A stretch of 64,000 nt of DNA from Camelus dromedarius (Eukaryota): the NCBI RefSeq assembly GCF_036321535.1, contig NC_087437.1:26972001-27036000 (forward strand), in the 5' to 3' direction. The position numbers were made by a program, and so were the translations under genes. Of this stretch, positions 26,306-38,316 are shown piece by piece; positions within the stretch are counted from its first letter, which is position 1, and each line of letters opens with the position of its first letter. Below the pieces are notes generated by a model, which saw only the letters and a list, made by a program, of their open reading frames with translations, did not search any database and was not told the DNA's origin.

Positions 26306-28193
26306 AATAATCATCGTATCTTTGGCATGGGCCCTTTGTTTGCTGAAGCCCAGTAACTGTTTTCTCATATTAACTCAGGCCTAGAGCAATAAATGGTATG
26401 TGAGTATCTAGAAAGACTAGTTAAGTTTTAAAAAGATATAATATAGGTACAATATTTTATGTAATTATTGTTTTTAAGCAGCTATTCTGTGTGGAACTCT
26501 GGCATTTATTTGTTGCTTTAATGCAAAGTACTGTGCATTCTAGATTTTTCTTTCTAATAGAACATATTGTTGATCCCTTTTGATTAAAAGGGAAAAGCAT
26601 TAAAAAGAAGGAATTATAGCAAGGGTCAATACACTGTATTAAGCTACTCCTACATTTTATTCACAGTCTTACGTTTAGTCGCTTATAATTAAAATGAATT
26701 CCTCATTAGGAATATAGAAAAATTGTTTCAGTTATTAAAGAGTTTTTGAGTCCATATTTATTTTTGCCTTTATGTACCTATAATGCAGTTTATGTTCTGT
26801 TATGAACCTGATTTTGTGTTTCTTCTGATAAACTTTGTCTATCCATGTATTCACATTTGTTTAAGTTGCTTAAACTGGGAATCCAGTATAGTATCTTAGT
26901 GGTTCCAAAATGTCTTGCAGCACTTTCTCAGTTTTGCTTCTATGTAGGGAAGTGTGAAATAAAATATTTGCTTTAAGTAATGTGTGTGTGAACAAAACTA
27001 TATGTATGAACAAAAATGTAATGAGTCACTATAATTTTTAGGATGAATTCAATTGATAATTAGTTCCCCTAAAATAGACATACCTATTGTAAAGCATCAT
27101 GTACCAAGAAGTTTGTCTACTTTATGGGAACCAATGTATCATCAGTATTAACGTGGCTTTCATGTATACTTTTGTCTTGTGGAATATGTTTTTACCTTAG
27201 TACAAAAATCTTGGGTCTATTTTAATTTTAATTTAACACTTTTGTCCAGTATTCCCAAGCAAAACCATTCTTAAGAAATGTTGAAAAACTTTTGATTAGT
27301 TTAATTTCTTGCCATATTGTGAGCAAAACATTACTTTAAAAAATGGTAGGTAACCTCCTTGGTTAAGTTTATTTCAAAAAAAAGTTATTTCTAGGTGTTT
27401 TTTTTTGTTTTTTTTGTTTTTTTTTTTTTTTTTTTGGTGTAATGGAAATGTCTCTGCCAGTTATAAAATTCTGGTTTTTGAAGTGAAAAAAAATGGTAGG
27501 TTTAAAAAAATGAATTAAAAAGAAAATGGTAGGTTTATGAAAAGCCTTTTTTTAAATACAAATTAAGACTTATAAGAATTTGCCAAAAACAGTAGAGTTC
27601 CCGGTTACCCTTCACCTAGCTTTCCCCAATGATAATGTCTTATATAACTATAGTATATTATTAAAACCAGGAAATTGACACTGGTATGGTAGTATTTATT
27701 AAACTACTATCCTTATTTGGATTTTACCAATTTGTGTGTGTATATATTGTGCTAAGAAATGTTATCACATGTGTAGATTCATATAACCACCACTATTAGG
27801 ATATAGAACTGTTTCATCACCACAAAGATGTTACTCTTTTATAGTCAGACCCTCCTGCCAACTGTAAGCGTTGGCAACCACTGATCTGTCATCTATTACA
27901 ATAACTTTGTCATTTCAAGAGTGTTACATAAGTGAAATCACAGAACATGTAACCTTTGAGTTTTTGTTTTTAAAGTTTTTCTTATTTAGAATGTGAATAT
28001 GTGCATGTTGAAAAGCATTTGATTAATTTGACTCAGGATTTTGCTTCTCCAGGAACTAAAACCAGTAATTGAAAACAACATTAGACTGAATGCTATTTGA
28101 GCAAGAAAAACATGGCACTTTTCACCCTGATTTTTGTGTCAATATTGCCCTCTGAGATTTTGGGTTAATAATCTGCATGAAAAAGTGTGGGTT

Positions 28194-28258
28194 GTAAAAT
28201 GATTATAAATCAATAAAAAATGTTAAAAAAAAAAAAAAAAAAGAAAGAAAGAAAGAAG
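28194..28258 (+). mobile_element. Extremely truncated L1 insertion (about 30 nt of 3' end plus tail)
   Basis: GTAAAATGATTATAAATCAATAAAAAATGTT + poly-A; TSD AAGTGTGGGTT at 28183-28193 and 28259-28269. Confidence 0.85.
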
Positions 28259-28605
28259 AAGTGTGGGTTAAGTGGGAGTTTTGCCTCCCTGCTCCTTTCT
28301 TAGTTCATTTTGGCTCCTGTAACAAAAATACCGTAGACTGGGTGGCTTATAAACAACAGAAATTTATTTCTCACAGTTTTGGAGACCGGGAAGTCCAAGA
28401 TCAAGGCACTGACAGGTCCAGTGTCTGGTGAGTGCCTGCTTACAGGTTCACAGGCAGCCATTCTCCCGTGTCTTCACAAGGTGGGAGAGACAAAGGAACT
28501 CTTTGGGGCCTCGTTCATGAGGGCACTAATCCTGTTCATAAGGGCTGCCTTTATGACCTATTTATCTCCCTAAAGCCCCTTCAAATCCTTTAGGAATTAA
28601 GTGTT

Positions 28606-31600
28606 TTTTGTTGGTGGTGGTGGTGGTTTTTTGTTTTGTTTGTTTTGTTTTTTGTTTTTCGGTTTTTTTTTTTACATTTTTTAATTGAGTAATAGTTATT
28701 TTACAATGTTGTGTCAAATTCTAGTGTAGAGCACAATTTTTCAGTCTTACATAAATATATATATTCATTGTCACTTTTTTTTTTGCTATGAGCTACCACA
28801 AGATCTTGTATATTTTTCCCTATGCTATACAGTATAATCTTGTTTATCTATTCTGCATTTTAAAATCCCAGTCTGTCCCTTCTCCCTCCCCATCCCCTTG
28901 GCAAACACAAGTTTGTATTCTATGTCTATGAGTCTGTTTCTGTTTTGTATTTATGTTTGTTGTTTCTTTGTTTTTTTGTTTTGTTTTTGTTTTGGTTTTT
29001 TTTAGGTTCCTCATATAAGCGATTTCATATGGTATTTTTCTTTCTCTTTCTGGCTTACTTCACTTTGAATGAATTTCTCCAGGAACATCCATGTTGCTGC
29101 AAATGGCGTTATGTTGTCAGTTTTTGTGGCTGAATAGTATTCCATCGTATAAATATACCACATTTTCTTTATTCAGTCATCTATTGATGGACATCTAAGC
29201 TGCTTCCATGTCTTGGCTATTGTAAATAGTGCTGCTATGAACATTGGGGTGCAGGTGTCATTTTGAAGTAGGGTTCCTTCTGTATAGATGCCCAGGAGTG
29301 GGATTCCTGGGTCCTATGGTAAGTCTATTCCTAGTCTTTTGAGGAATCTCCATATTGTTTTCCACAGTGGCTTTCCTTGCTTCCCTCTCCCACTCTTAAT
29401 GATTTAGATGTCTTCTTTTACATTTTGTCTTTATTCTTTTTGTAATTCATGGCAGTTATCTCCTTTCCAGTTATGAGTTTCTCATTTTTGTAGCATCCTG
29501 CTTCTTTTCTATTTAGAGTAGACCTGTCAATATTTCTTTTAGCATGGGTTTAATGTTGCTAATCTCTTTTAGTTTTTGCTTGTCTGTGAAGTTCTTTATC
29601 TCTTCTTCTATTCTAAAGGATAGCCTTGCTGGATAGAGTATCCTAGGCTGCATCATTTTTTCATTCAGGACTTTAAATATATCTTGCCACTCCCTTCTGG
29701 CCTGTAGTGTTTGTGTAGAGAAATCAGCTGAGGGCCTTATGGGGGTTCCCTTGTAAGTCACTCTTTGTTTTTCTCTTGCTGCCTTTAGGATCATTTCTTT
29801 ATCCTTGACTCTGGCCATCTTGATTATGATATGTCTTGGTGTGGGTCTGTTTGGATTCTTCCTGTTTGGGACCCTCTGAGCCTCCTGTACTTGGATATCT
29901 GATTCCTTTAGGTTTGGGAAGTTTTCAGTCATGATTTCTTCAAATACCTTTTCAATCCCCTTTGTTCTTTCTTCCCCTCCTGGAACCCGTATTATGTGTA
30001 GATTGGCACACTTTCTATTATCCCGTAGGTCCCTTATATTGTTTTCATTGTTTTTTATTTGTTAGTCTCTCAGCTGTTCTGATTGGGTGCTTTCTGTTTT
30101 CCTGTCTTCTAGGTCACTTATTCGTTCCTCTGCATTATCTAGCCTGCTTTGTACAGCCTTTAGGTCAGTTCTCATCTCAGCAAATGAGTTTACTAATTCT
30201 ACTTGGTTCTTCTTTATAGCTTCTGTTTCATTTTTGACATATTTTATATCTCCAAACACTATTTCTTTTAGTTCGTTCAGTACTTTGATCACTCCTTTTT
30301 TGAAATCTTGATCTAGTAGGCCATCAATGTCTATTTCCTTGATCGTGCTTTCAGGGGATTTCTCTTGATCTTTTAATTGGGAGTGGTTCTTCTGCTTCTT
30401 CATATTGCTCATATCTCTCTGGCACTGTGGCTTAAGGGGTATCAGTTACCTAGTTCTCCAGGAGACGGTGTGCTCTTAATGATTTTATTGAGAGGTCTTT
30501 GTGTCTTCGCCCTGTTTTGTGAACTCAGCTTGCTGTTTTCAGAGGCCCTCTGTTGGCACCCTCGTCTGCGCTGCTCCCATTGGCTGTCGGCTAGCATATT
30601 GCGCCCCCTCCTAACACTGGGTCACATGCTGAGCTCTTACTCGGTGGGCGGGCGGGTTACTCCCCCTCCTGATGCTGCAGTCAGATGCTGCGCTTGGGTG
30701 GAGGCAGGTGGGCAGATCGCGCCCCCTCCCAGCACTGTGGTCAGGTGCTCCGTTCCTGCCAGGAAGGCGGGAGGCCGCCCGCCCTCTCCCGGCGCTGCTC
30801 TGTGCAGCTGCCCACTCCGCCTCGGGTCGGCGCTCGGAAGGTGGGCTCAGGGAGGACTGCAGAACGGCCCCACCCCTGCTCCATGCCAAATCTCAGCTCC
30901 TTGTTTGTCTTGGCGGCGCAAGTTCTCTGAGGTGCCAGGGCAGAAAGAGCCTATCTTCCTTGGGCTGTGAACAAGTCTCAGTCCTGCCTAGGAGGTTGTG
31001 GAGATCCCACGGATTCAGGTCTCGGCCCCGCCCCTGCCCGGGAGCTGCGCACAGGAGATGGCCGCTGTGGCTGCGCCCCACCTCTCTTCTCGAGAGAAGC
31101 GCCAGTAACGGCAGCGCAGGTCTGAGGAGACAAAGGCTACAGCGCCCCTCCCCCCAGGGCACACCAGCCATTTTGCTTTGCTTTTTTCACAATTTATGGG
31201 GGACCGAGGTGGTTCTGCTCTGTATCTCCTCCCAGCCAGGGTGCGCAGCACCCTGCAGTCCCCTGGGGATGCCTCTGTGCAGCCACCCCAGTCCTCCGCC
31301 TGGCTCGGGCAGCCTGGCCTGGCCCCAGCTGCTGGCTTGTGTCTCAGGCTGGGTGTCGCGGGGACCCTTTGTGCCCTTTTAATTCAGTTCTGTTCAAGGG
31401 GTGCTCGGGGCAGATCTGAGCCTCAGAGTCTCCCCCTCCGTCCCGCTGGCCTCTCCATTGGAGATGGGAGACCCAGCGAACCAGTGCCAGTCCTCCTTTG
31501 CCACTCTCTCCCTGCGAGACCAGTCCCACACCTTTTTGCTTTTTCTTCTTTCTTTTTTCCTTTACTCCTACCAGACTTTTGGCGTCTTTGTCTTTCAAAG

Positions 31601-31739
31601 AGGGCGATGTTCTGTTGGAGTTCGGCAGGTGTTCTGGTTGGCTGAGCAGGTCCGTAGATGTGAGTTTTGGTGTATTTGTGGGAGAGGGTGAGCTACCAGC
31701 ATCATTCTACTCCACCATCTTGCTTCTCTCTCGAAAAAA
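28606..31739 (-). mobile_element. L1 with intact 5'UTR, ORF1 and 3' end but lacking almost all of ORF2 (about 3.1 kb)
   Basis: 5' end GAGAGAGAAGCAAGATGG (YY1-like) at about 31732; CpG-rich 5'UTR; ORF1 30412-29513; jump at about 29371 into the last part of ORF2; 3'UTR; poly-A; imperfect TSD AGGAATTAA(G/A)T(G/C)TT at 28592-28605 and 31740-31753. Confidence 0.9.
29513..30412 (-). pseudogene. L1 ORF1p (about 299 codons) with one in-frame premature stop at 30062-30064
   Basis: Two ORF-track segments in one frame with an open linker (QIKNNENNIRDLRDNRKCANLHII..); motifs RLDNAEERISDLED, ENFPNL, QEAQRVP, TPRHIIIK, LKAAREK, YPARLSF. Confidence 0.9.
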
Positions 31740-32667
31740 AGGAATTAAATCTTGTTATATGAATTTGGGGTGGGGATACACATTCAGTCTACAGCAACTC
31801 TTTGGGGATCTTCTGCATAGCTTAGTTTGAGATGTAGGTATGATATAGAAATTTTGCAAACAAAAAACCTTGTACCTGTACTGGTTGCCGTGAATACCTG
31901 AAAGTTCCCACTGCTGTGGCCAGAAGGCTATCTTCATGGATTCCTTCATAGATTCTGAGGTACAGCCACCACTTTAGTATAACATACAAAAGCTTTGAAT
32001 TTTCTCCAGGTAAAGATTGTGGTCAGTAATGATGACAAAGTCAAAAAATATAGAGGACCAAGGTCACTGGTTACAAGTGTCATGAGAACACAAGAAGCTG
32101 AGATGAATGGGAGAAACCTTTTTTTTCTTTTTTTGGCAGTGACTTTAGGCATATATTCTTGGGACTTCCAGCCAAGGCAATGAAACATGGTTTCATCAAA
32201 TCATATGCAACATTTGAAAAATATACTGTGGCTTCATTGGGAGTATATTGACAATCGTCCATTTTGTTTTCCTAGGTGAATATGAGAATTCTGAAAGAGC
32301 TCTTAGTGAGTTAAATTGCCACTGCAGCTTGTGAGAGGGATCTCATTAGGCTGACAGAATTTTATGTAACCTAGTGATAACGTGTAATCTGATCACTATA
32401 AATTCCCTAGTTTGGGAAATTCATTTTTTATTAATTCCTCAAATAAATGTTTGTTAAAACCTTAATTATAGTATTAAGAAAAGAGTGGCCTATTTTCTTC
32501 TAAATCATAATGTATCATATAGTATATTGTAACAGGGATTAGTTCGGTGACAAGAAAGAGCACAGCTTTGCCTGTGTTGTAAGAGAATTTTGATGCAACG
32601 TTTGACCTTAGACAAAAGGTTGAGAAGCCATTGAGAATTTTTGATGCTAAAGAATTAAACTTCATAG

Positions 32668-32853
32668 ATTAGCAATGACTTACTGCATAGCACAGGGAAT
32701 TACATTCAATAACTTGTAGTAATCTATAATGAAAAAAATATATATATGTATAACTGAATCACTATGCTGTATTCCAGAAACTAATACAGCATTGTAAGTC
32801 AACTATACTTCAATTCTTAAAAAAAGTTTGGAAAAAGGGGGAAAAAAGAAAAA
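32668..32853 (+). mobile_element. Short L1 3'-end insertion
   Basis: TACTGCATAGCACAGGGAA..CACTATGCTGT; exact 19-bp TSD AAAGAATTAAACTTCATAG at 32649-32667 and 32854-32872. Confidence 0.88.
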
Positions 32854-33489
32854 AAAGAATTAAACTTCATAGTTTTCAAGTCTTCTAGGAAAACATTTTC
32901 TGTCACAAAATTTTTCTGCATTTAGTCTTAGCCAAAAAGCCAGGAAGCAGTGGTACAAAATGTTTCTTAAATGTATTACAGAGTTTTAGAATAGATATCT
33001 TCACTGTTTCATTCAAGGTATAGCAGGAGACTGAGCTTCTTTGAAATCATTATCTTGAGTGCAGTGATGGATTTGTTTTTTTAAGATCCCTAATGCCTAG
33101 CACATAGAGCTATGTGGGGGTTAGATCATATAGAGCCTTGTAAATGGTGGTATGAGGAACTTAGATTTTGATGTATGCAGAACACTTTGGTAGGTTCCAT
33201 TTTATTCAAGAGCAAACTACCCCTCAACAGTTTGGTGACACAGTGTAGTATATAAGGAAACATAGTGCCCAGTTATATACTTGTAAATGTGTAACAAGGA
33301 ACTCATCATTCAATGTTTACTCACTTATATTTCATCTCCTCTAGAATGATGCTCCATGAATACCTAGATTTTTATCTTGTTCATCAAAGTTATTTTATTT
33401 TGTTCTAACTGTTTTAAAGATGTTAAATGTTTTATTTATTTTTATGAAGCCACTCAGTCTGTGGCCTTTTTTAAAAAAATTTTTTTAAA

Positions 33490-33671
33490 GACCTTTTTTT
33501 AAAATTTTTTATTTATTTTTGTTTTTGGTGAGAGAGGGTAATTTGGTTTATTTATTGATTTTTAATGCAGGTACTGGGGGGGGGGGTAGTTTGGTTTATT
33601 TATTGATTTTTAATCCAGACCCTCGTGCATGCTAAGCATGAGCTCTACCATTTGAGCTATACTCTCCCCCC
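33490..33671 (-). mobile_element. tRNA-derived SINE (Vic-1-like) with partial duplication of its 3' part
   Basis: Minus strand GGGGGAGAGTATAGCTCAAATGGTAGAGCTCATGCTTAGCATGCACGAGGGTC; tail unit TTTGGTTTATTTATTGATTTTTAAT occurs twice. Confidence 0.8.
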
Positions 33672-35454
33672 ATTCTAACTTTAAATGATTTACTTTGGAA
33701 AGGTTAACTGTATTATTTTCAATATCTGAAAATTGAGCTAATTAATTTACAGGTAGAAAATTCATGTTATGAGAACCGTCCCTTGAGAAGGGAAAGGAAG
33801 TAGAGATCAGAGTTGGAGCCCAAAGTGTCCACTATCTACCAGCTCTACTGCTTTCCAAGTAACCAGGAGAAGAGTGGGAGATTTGTGAGTAGCTGGCAGA
33901 AAAGGAAGCAGATGAAATTGTTGCCGTGGACTTCAGTAAAACTTTTTCTTTTCTTCAGCTCTTATACTGTTGCTGCTAGCAAGAATTCTAGCTGATAAAA
34001 CAGTAACTCATCACTAAGTCCTGTCAATTTTTCTCTTAAATATTGAACACTTATTCTCCACTTCCCATTTCCACTGGCAACCCTAGTGCGAGTCCTTGTG
34101 TTCTCTCCTGTGGGACTCCTGCAGAGCCGCCTCGAATAGTCTCTTCACACCCACTCTTACTGCCTCCTGGTTCTCTTCTGTACCGTGTACCACATTGACC
34201 TTTTCACAATCCAAATCTGGTTTTTAAAAATCTGCCTAAAACTTTTTTGAAGTTTCCCACCATTCTTAGGCTACAGACCAACATTGCCTAACTTAGGCCA
34301 CAGGATCCTGCTTGGTCTGAGCCCTGCTGTCTTCTCCAGCTTCAGCACCTTCCAGCCACACAGGCCTCTTTCCGTTCCTCTGACACTGTCATCGCTCTTG
34401 CCATTGAGTTTCTGCACTTGTTACTGTTCTCCTTGCTTGTTAACTTCTATTCATCGTTCACATCTCAGCACACAAATCATTTACTCAAGGATGCTTTCCC
34501 TAATCTTCCATTTTTAGATCAAAAGTCCAATCACTCACTCTAGTAGTCCCTTATACTTTCCTTGGCAGCACTAAACACAGTTATATATTTGACTAATTAT
34601 TTGATTAGTGAGGTCAGGGCTCAGGCTGTTTCCCTTCCTGTTGTATCTCCAGTCAGTACTCAAAATGGGGCCTTGACAGTATTTTCCCCCACAATAATCA
34701 TTTGTTGAATGAGCGAATCATTTTATTTGGTTCAGCTTTAGAAACTTCTAAATCAGCCATTTTAAAAAGAATAATCTAGTTCTGTACATGTTTTGCTGAT
34801 TTAATCTTGAACTTTGTTACCACTTAATTTTTTTAGGTTATTACTGTCATTGGGTGCTTAGTAAATGAAAGTCTCATCCTACTTGTTCTCTTAGTTTGAG
34901 AAATTTTAAATACATTAATAATGTTTTACATCTTTTAAGAACTTCGAATGAATATAGACTATATTTTCATGTTATTATTTTATATAAAGCACACAGTGTT
35001 CTAATGTTTACATTTTGCAGATTAGGGCACAAAGGCAGAGGTGGTGATGTATTGAAGGTTCCACACCCAGATAGGAACTGAAGTCTGCCTTTGAGTTCAT
35101 GTCCTTTCTACTACAGTACAACTGCCTTTCACTGGTGACAATTAACAGTTTTGAATTTTTATTTATAAAAGTTACTTGAGAGTAAGCTGATACAAAGAAG
35201 ATTTAACTTAGACTCAGCTTCTAATTCTGTTTCCAGCAGCCATAAATTTTGAAAATGAGATTATAAAATAATGTGAAAACATAATATTAAGATCACTTTT
35301 TTCCATTTGAATGAAGGAATATAAGTATGAATGTTGTATCTCAATGCACATGCATAGATTTGTTGTAAAACAGATAAGAGTAGATTTAGTAAAGTAGCTT
35401 CCTTAGAGACTAAATGAATATGCTTTATAGGAAAAAAAAATAAGAATGAAATTA

Positions 35455-35792
35455 CCTGTCTTTAGTCAGTTCAGGCTACTGTAATGAAGTACCACATTCG
35501 TTGGTAGCTTATATATAACAGAAATTTCTTTCTTACAGTTCTAGAGGCTAGAAATCTTAGGCCAGGGTGCCAGTGTGGCTGGGTTCTGGAGAGGACCCTC
35601 TTTTTGGTTGGTGACTGCCAACCTACTGTATCATCATGTATTTTCTTTGCTCTTCTTATAAGGGTACTAATTTCATTCATGAGGACTCCACCTTTGTGAT
35701 CTAATAACACCCCCCCAAAGGCTCCATCTCCAAATACCATCGCACTGGGATTAGGGTTTCAACGTGAGGATTTTGTGGAAACACAATCAATC
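35455..35792. mobile_element. MaLR (MLT1/MST-like) LTR
   Basis: TTAGTCAGTTCAGGCTACTGTAA..AACAGAAATTT..GGATTAGGGTTTCAAC pattern. Confidence 0.7.
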
Positions 35793-36003
35793 TACTCCTT
35801 ACCTGTTTATTTCTCAGCAGTTATATGATTTCATGCAAAAGAGCAAGAAAAATGTATTCTTTTAATGCTAATGTTCTTTAGTTTTATGAAATGTTTAATA
35901 ATTTCATTAATATTTTGATGGAAAGCTTTTTGTTTTTTAAGACATTTATGATAATTGAGTATTTATCAAAGTAATGGTGATTCTTTCCATTTTCTTTCTT
36001 TAG

Positions 36004-36073
36004 TCCGAGGATCAGAAGGACTATACATGGTAAATGGACCACCACAGTTTACAGAAAGCACAGTGCTTCCAAG
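36004..36073 (+). CDS. EIF2A: EIF2A exon 2 (70 nt): VRGSEGLYMVNGPPQFTESTVLPR
   Basis: ag/gt boundaries, phase consistent with exons 1 and 3. Confidence 0.95.
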
Positions 36074-37624
36074 GTAGGGTTTATTTTGTCAGTTGATGTT
36101 ATCAAGAACTATATAATACATTCTAAATTATTTTTGTTATATTCTGAACAAGAAAGAAAAAGAACAGATAAACTAGTTTCTTCAGACATGTTATGTAGTG
36201 TTAACAGAAGATGGAAAGAATGCATATTCTCTATCAAGAAAGTGATCTTTAGATTTGAAAATCATAGCTTAAGCATATTTGAAAGAAAACAGGAGGGACC
36301 TACTATATAGCACGGGGAACCATATTCAGTTTCTTACAATGACATATAATGGAAGGGAGTCTGAAAGGAAAAAAATATATATATATGTGTATGTGTAACT
36401 GAGTCACTATGCTGTACACTTGAAACTAATATTGTAAATTAACTACACTTTAATAAAAATTTGTTTTAAATAAATAAAAAGAGAAAAGGTGTAGACAACA
36501 GTGTAATTGAGTTCATGCCTCTAGCTTAGGATTTTATCTTAGAGAATGGGGGAAAACTTGCAAATATGATAACCAAACCACTGCCTATAATCTTCATGAA
36601 ATCATAGAATGAGAAAGATACAAGGAAGGAAGAAGTATGAAACAAAGTGTACATATATATATGTACATATATATATATATATGTAGCTAGATAAAAACAG
36701 ATATTTTTCTCAAAAAGAAACATTGAAAGGATAAACCAAAAACTAATAAAGGTGATTATCTAGGGGGAGAGAGAAGTACAAATGCAGGGGACATGTTGGT
36801 TAATGAACTTTGATATATGTAGTTTTGACTTTGGGCCATGTAATTGTTTTAAATTTTAAAAAATTAAAGTGGAAAATGGAAATAGGTGCTTTTATATTAA
36901 GTAGGGGACATAACCATATGATGATGTGCAGAATTCTTAAATGCGTCCAGTAGTTTTATTGTAAACAGACAATTGATACTGTAGAATAAAACAAATAAAT
37001 AGTTAATGTCATTTGGAATGAAGATTTTCGACATAAAAGTGAAGGAGGGATAGACTTGCATATATCAATGTGAACTCATAATTTCTTTTCATACAAACAT
37101 TTTATTTCCTAGTTCTGTCCACTGAAAAGTTCTGGAGACGGTGATAACATAGGAGCATTAAAAACCCTGCCTCACAGATTATGCTCTCTAAACGCCATTC
37201 TTCACTAAAAGGAACCAGTTCTTGGAGCAGTGGTTTTCTCCAGGTCTAGGACAAAAAAAATGTATGAGTTGAACCAGATATATCTTGTGCCAGAAAGCAA
37301 GGAAGTTATGAAAGAGTAATGGGGTTATGTTAGAGTCACAGGAGTCAGCTTGGAGGGGTTCATATCAGTCTTAGATGGGACAATTTGAGCATTATAAAGA
37401 ATAATGACTATAAGGATTAAAGCATGTTAAGTATATAAATACTCCCTAAAAAATCCTCCTCCCTCCAAATCTTATTGGTTAACATTGGAAGTTGATGGGG
37501 TCCTTGCTCAGTACTTTGAAAACTGATAAATAAAGAAGGAATCAAGCATTTGTGTTGCTTTTCCCATACAGAGTCACTAAATTGTTGATGAGGAAAACTT
37601 CTGTATAGAACATTGGGGCGGGAG

Positions 37625-37770
37625 CTGGGTGGAAATAGCTCAAGTGGTAGAGCACATGCTTAGCATGCACAGGGTCCTGGGTTCAATCCCCAGTTACTCC
37701 TCTAAAAATAAATAAATAAATTCAATTACCTGCCCCCCCCAAAAAAAACCAAAAATAAAAATAAAAAACA
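37625..37770 (+). mobile_element. tRNA-derived SINE (Vic-1-like)
   Basis: A box TAGCTCAAGTGG, B box GGTTCAATCC, A-rich tail. Confidence 0.85.
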
Positions 37771-37839
37771 TTAATAGATGCAGAAGGAATGATGAGATTA
37801 GATAGTCACTATTTTGTAGTCCTGTAGAATTCAAGCATC

Positions 37840-38316
37840 AGTAGCTCTTAAACTTTTATATACATCAGAATCATCTGAAGAGCTTGTTAAAACATAGATG
37901 GCTGTTCCCTCCCCAGATTTTCTGATTATTAGATCTGGGGAGGCGCCCCAATGATTAGAATTTTTAACAAGTTCCCAGGTAATGATGATGCTGCAAATCT
38001 TGGGACCATACTTTGAGAATGACTAATCTATGCAAATGATTGTTAAAAGATGCTGAAACTGTTAGATGAACTGTTGATAGGGAACTTTATAACCAGGGTG
38101 ACATCATCTGAGTCTACTGGCCAGATTTTTATTAGACCCAGTTCTCTAGAACCTTGTTACAGGAGGTATGGGCCCAAGACTAGCCAAATTGGCATTACCT
38201 TGAGCCAGTGCAGAAATGTGACATCTCAGGCCCTACCCAGCTTACTGAACCCAAATCTGTATTTTAGCCAGATCCTCAGTGATCTGTATGCACATTAATA
38301 TTTGAAACGCACCACT
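37840..38316. mobile_element. Two MER5-like hAT DNA transposon fossils (about 37840-38022 and 38138-38316)
   Basis: ATCAGAATCATCTG..TAACAAGTTCCCAGGT..GGACCATACTTTGAGAA and related second copy. Confidence 0.65.

Larger units (their letters stand above)
28298..31796. mobile_element. MaLR (MLT1/MST-like) LTR, about 28298-28605 plus 31740-31796, split by an L1 insertion
   Basis: AGACTGGGTGGCTTATAAACAACAGAAATTTATTTCTCACAGTT..AAGTCCAAGATCAAGG, resuming after the L1 as ATGAATTTGGGG..ACACATTCAGTCTACAGCA. Confidence 0.75.

Noticed and set aside
28606..31739. 5'-inverted (twin-primed) L1
   Set aside because: 5'UTR, ORF1 and 3' end are all on the minus strand, so it is an internal loss rather than an inversion
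30377..31830. Long plus-strand ORFs (197, 236, 155 aa) as novel genes
   Set aside because: They lie in the GC-rich antisense L1 5'UTR, mostly start at non-ATG codons and show no recognisable domain
37625..37700. Possible tRNA-Ala genes (also about 45265, 63378 and 33620)
   Set aside because: Acceptor stems do not close, A-rich tails follow and one has a clear TSD, so these are SINEs
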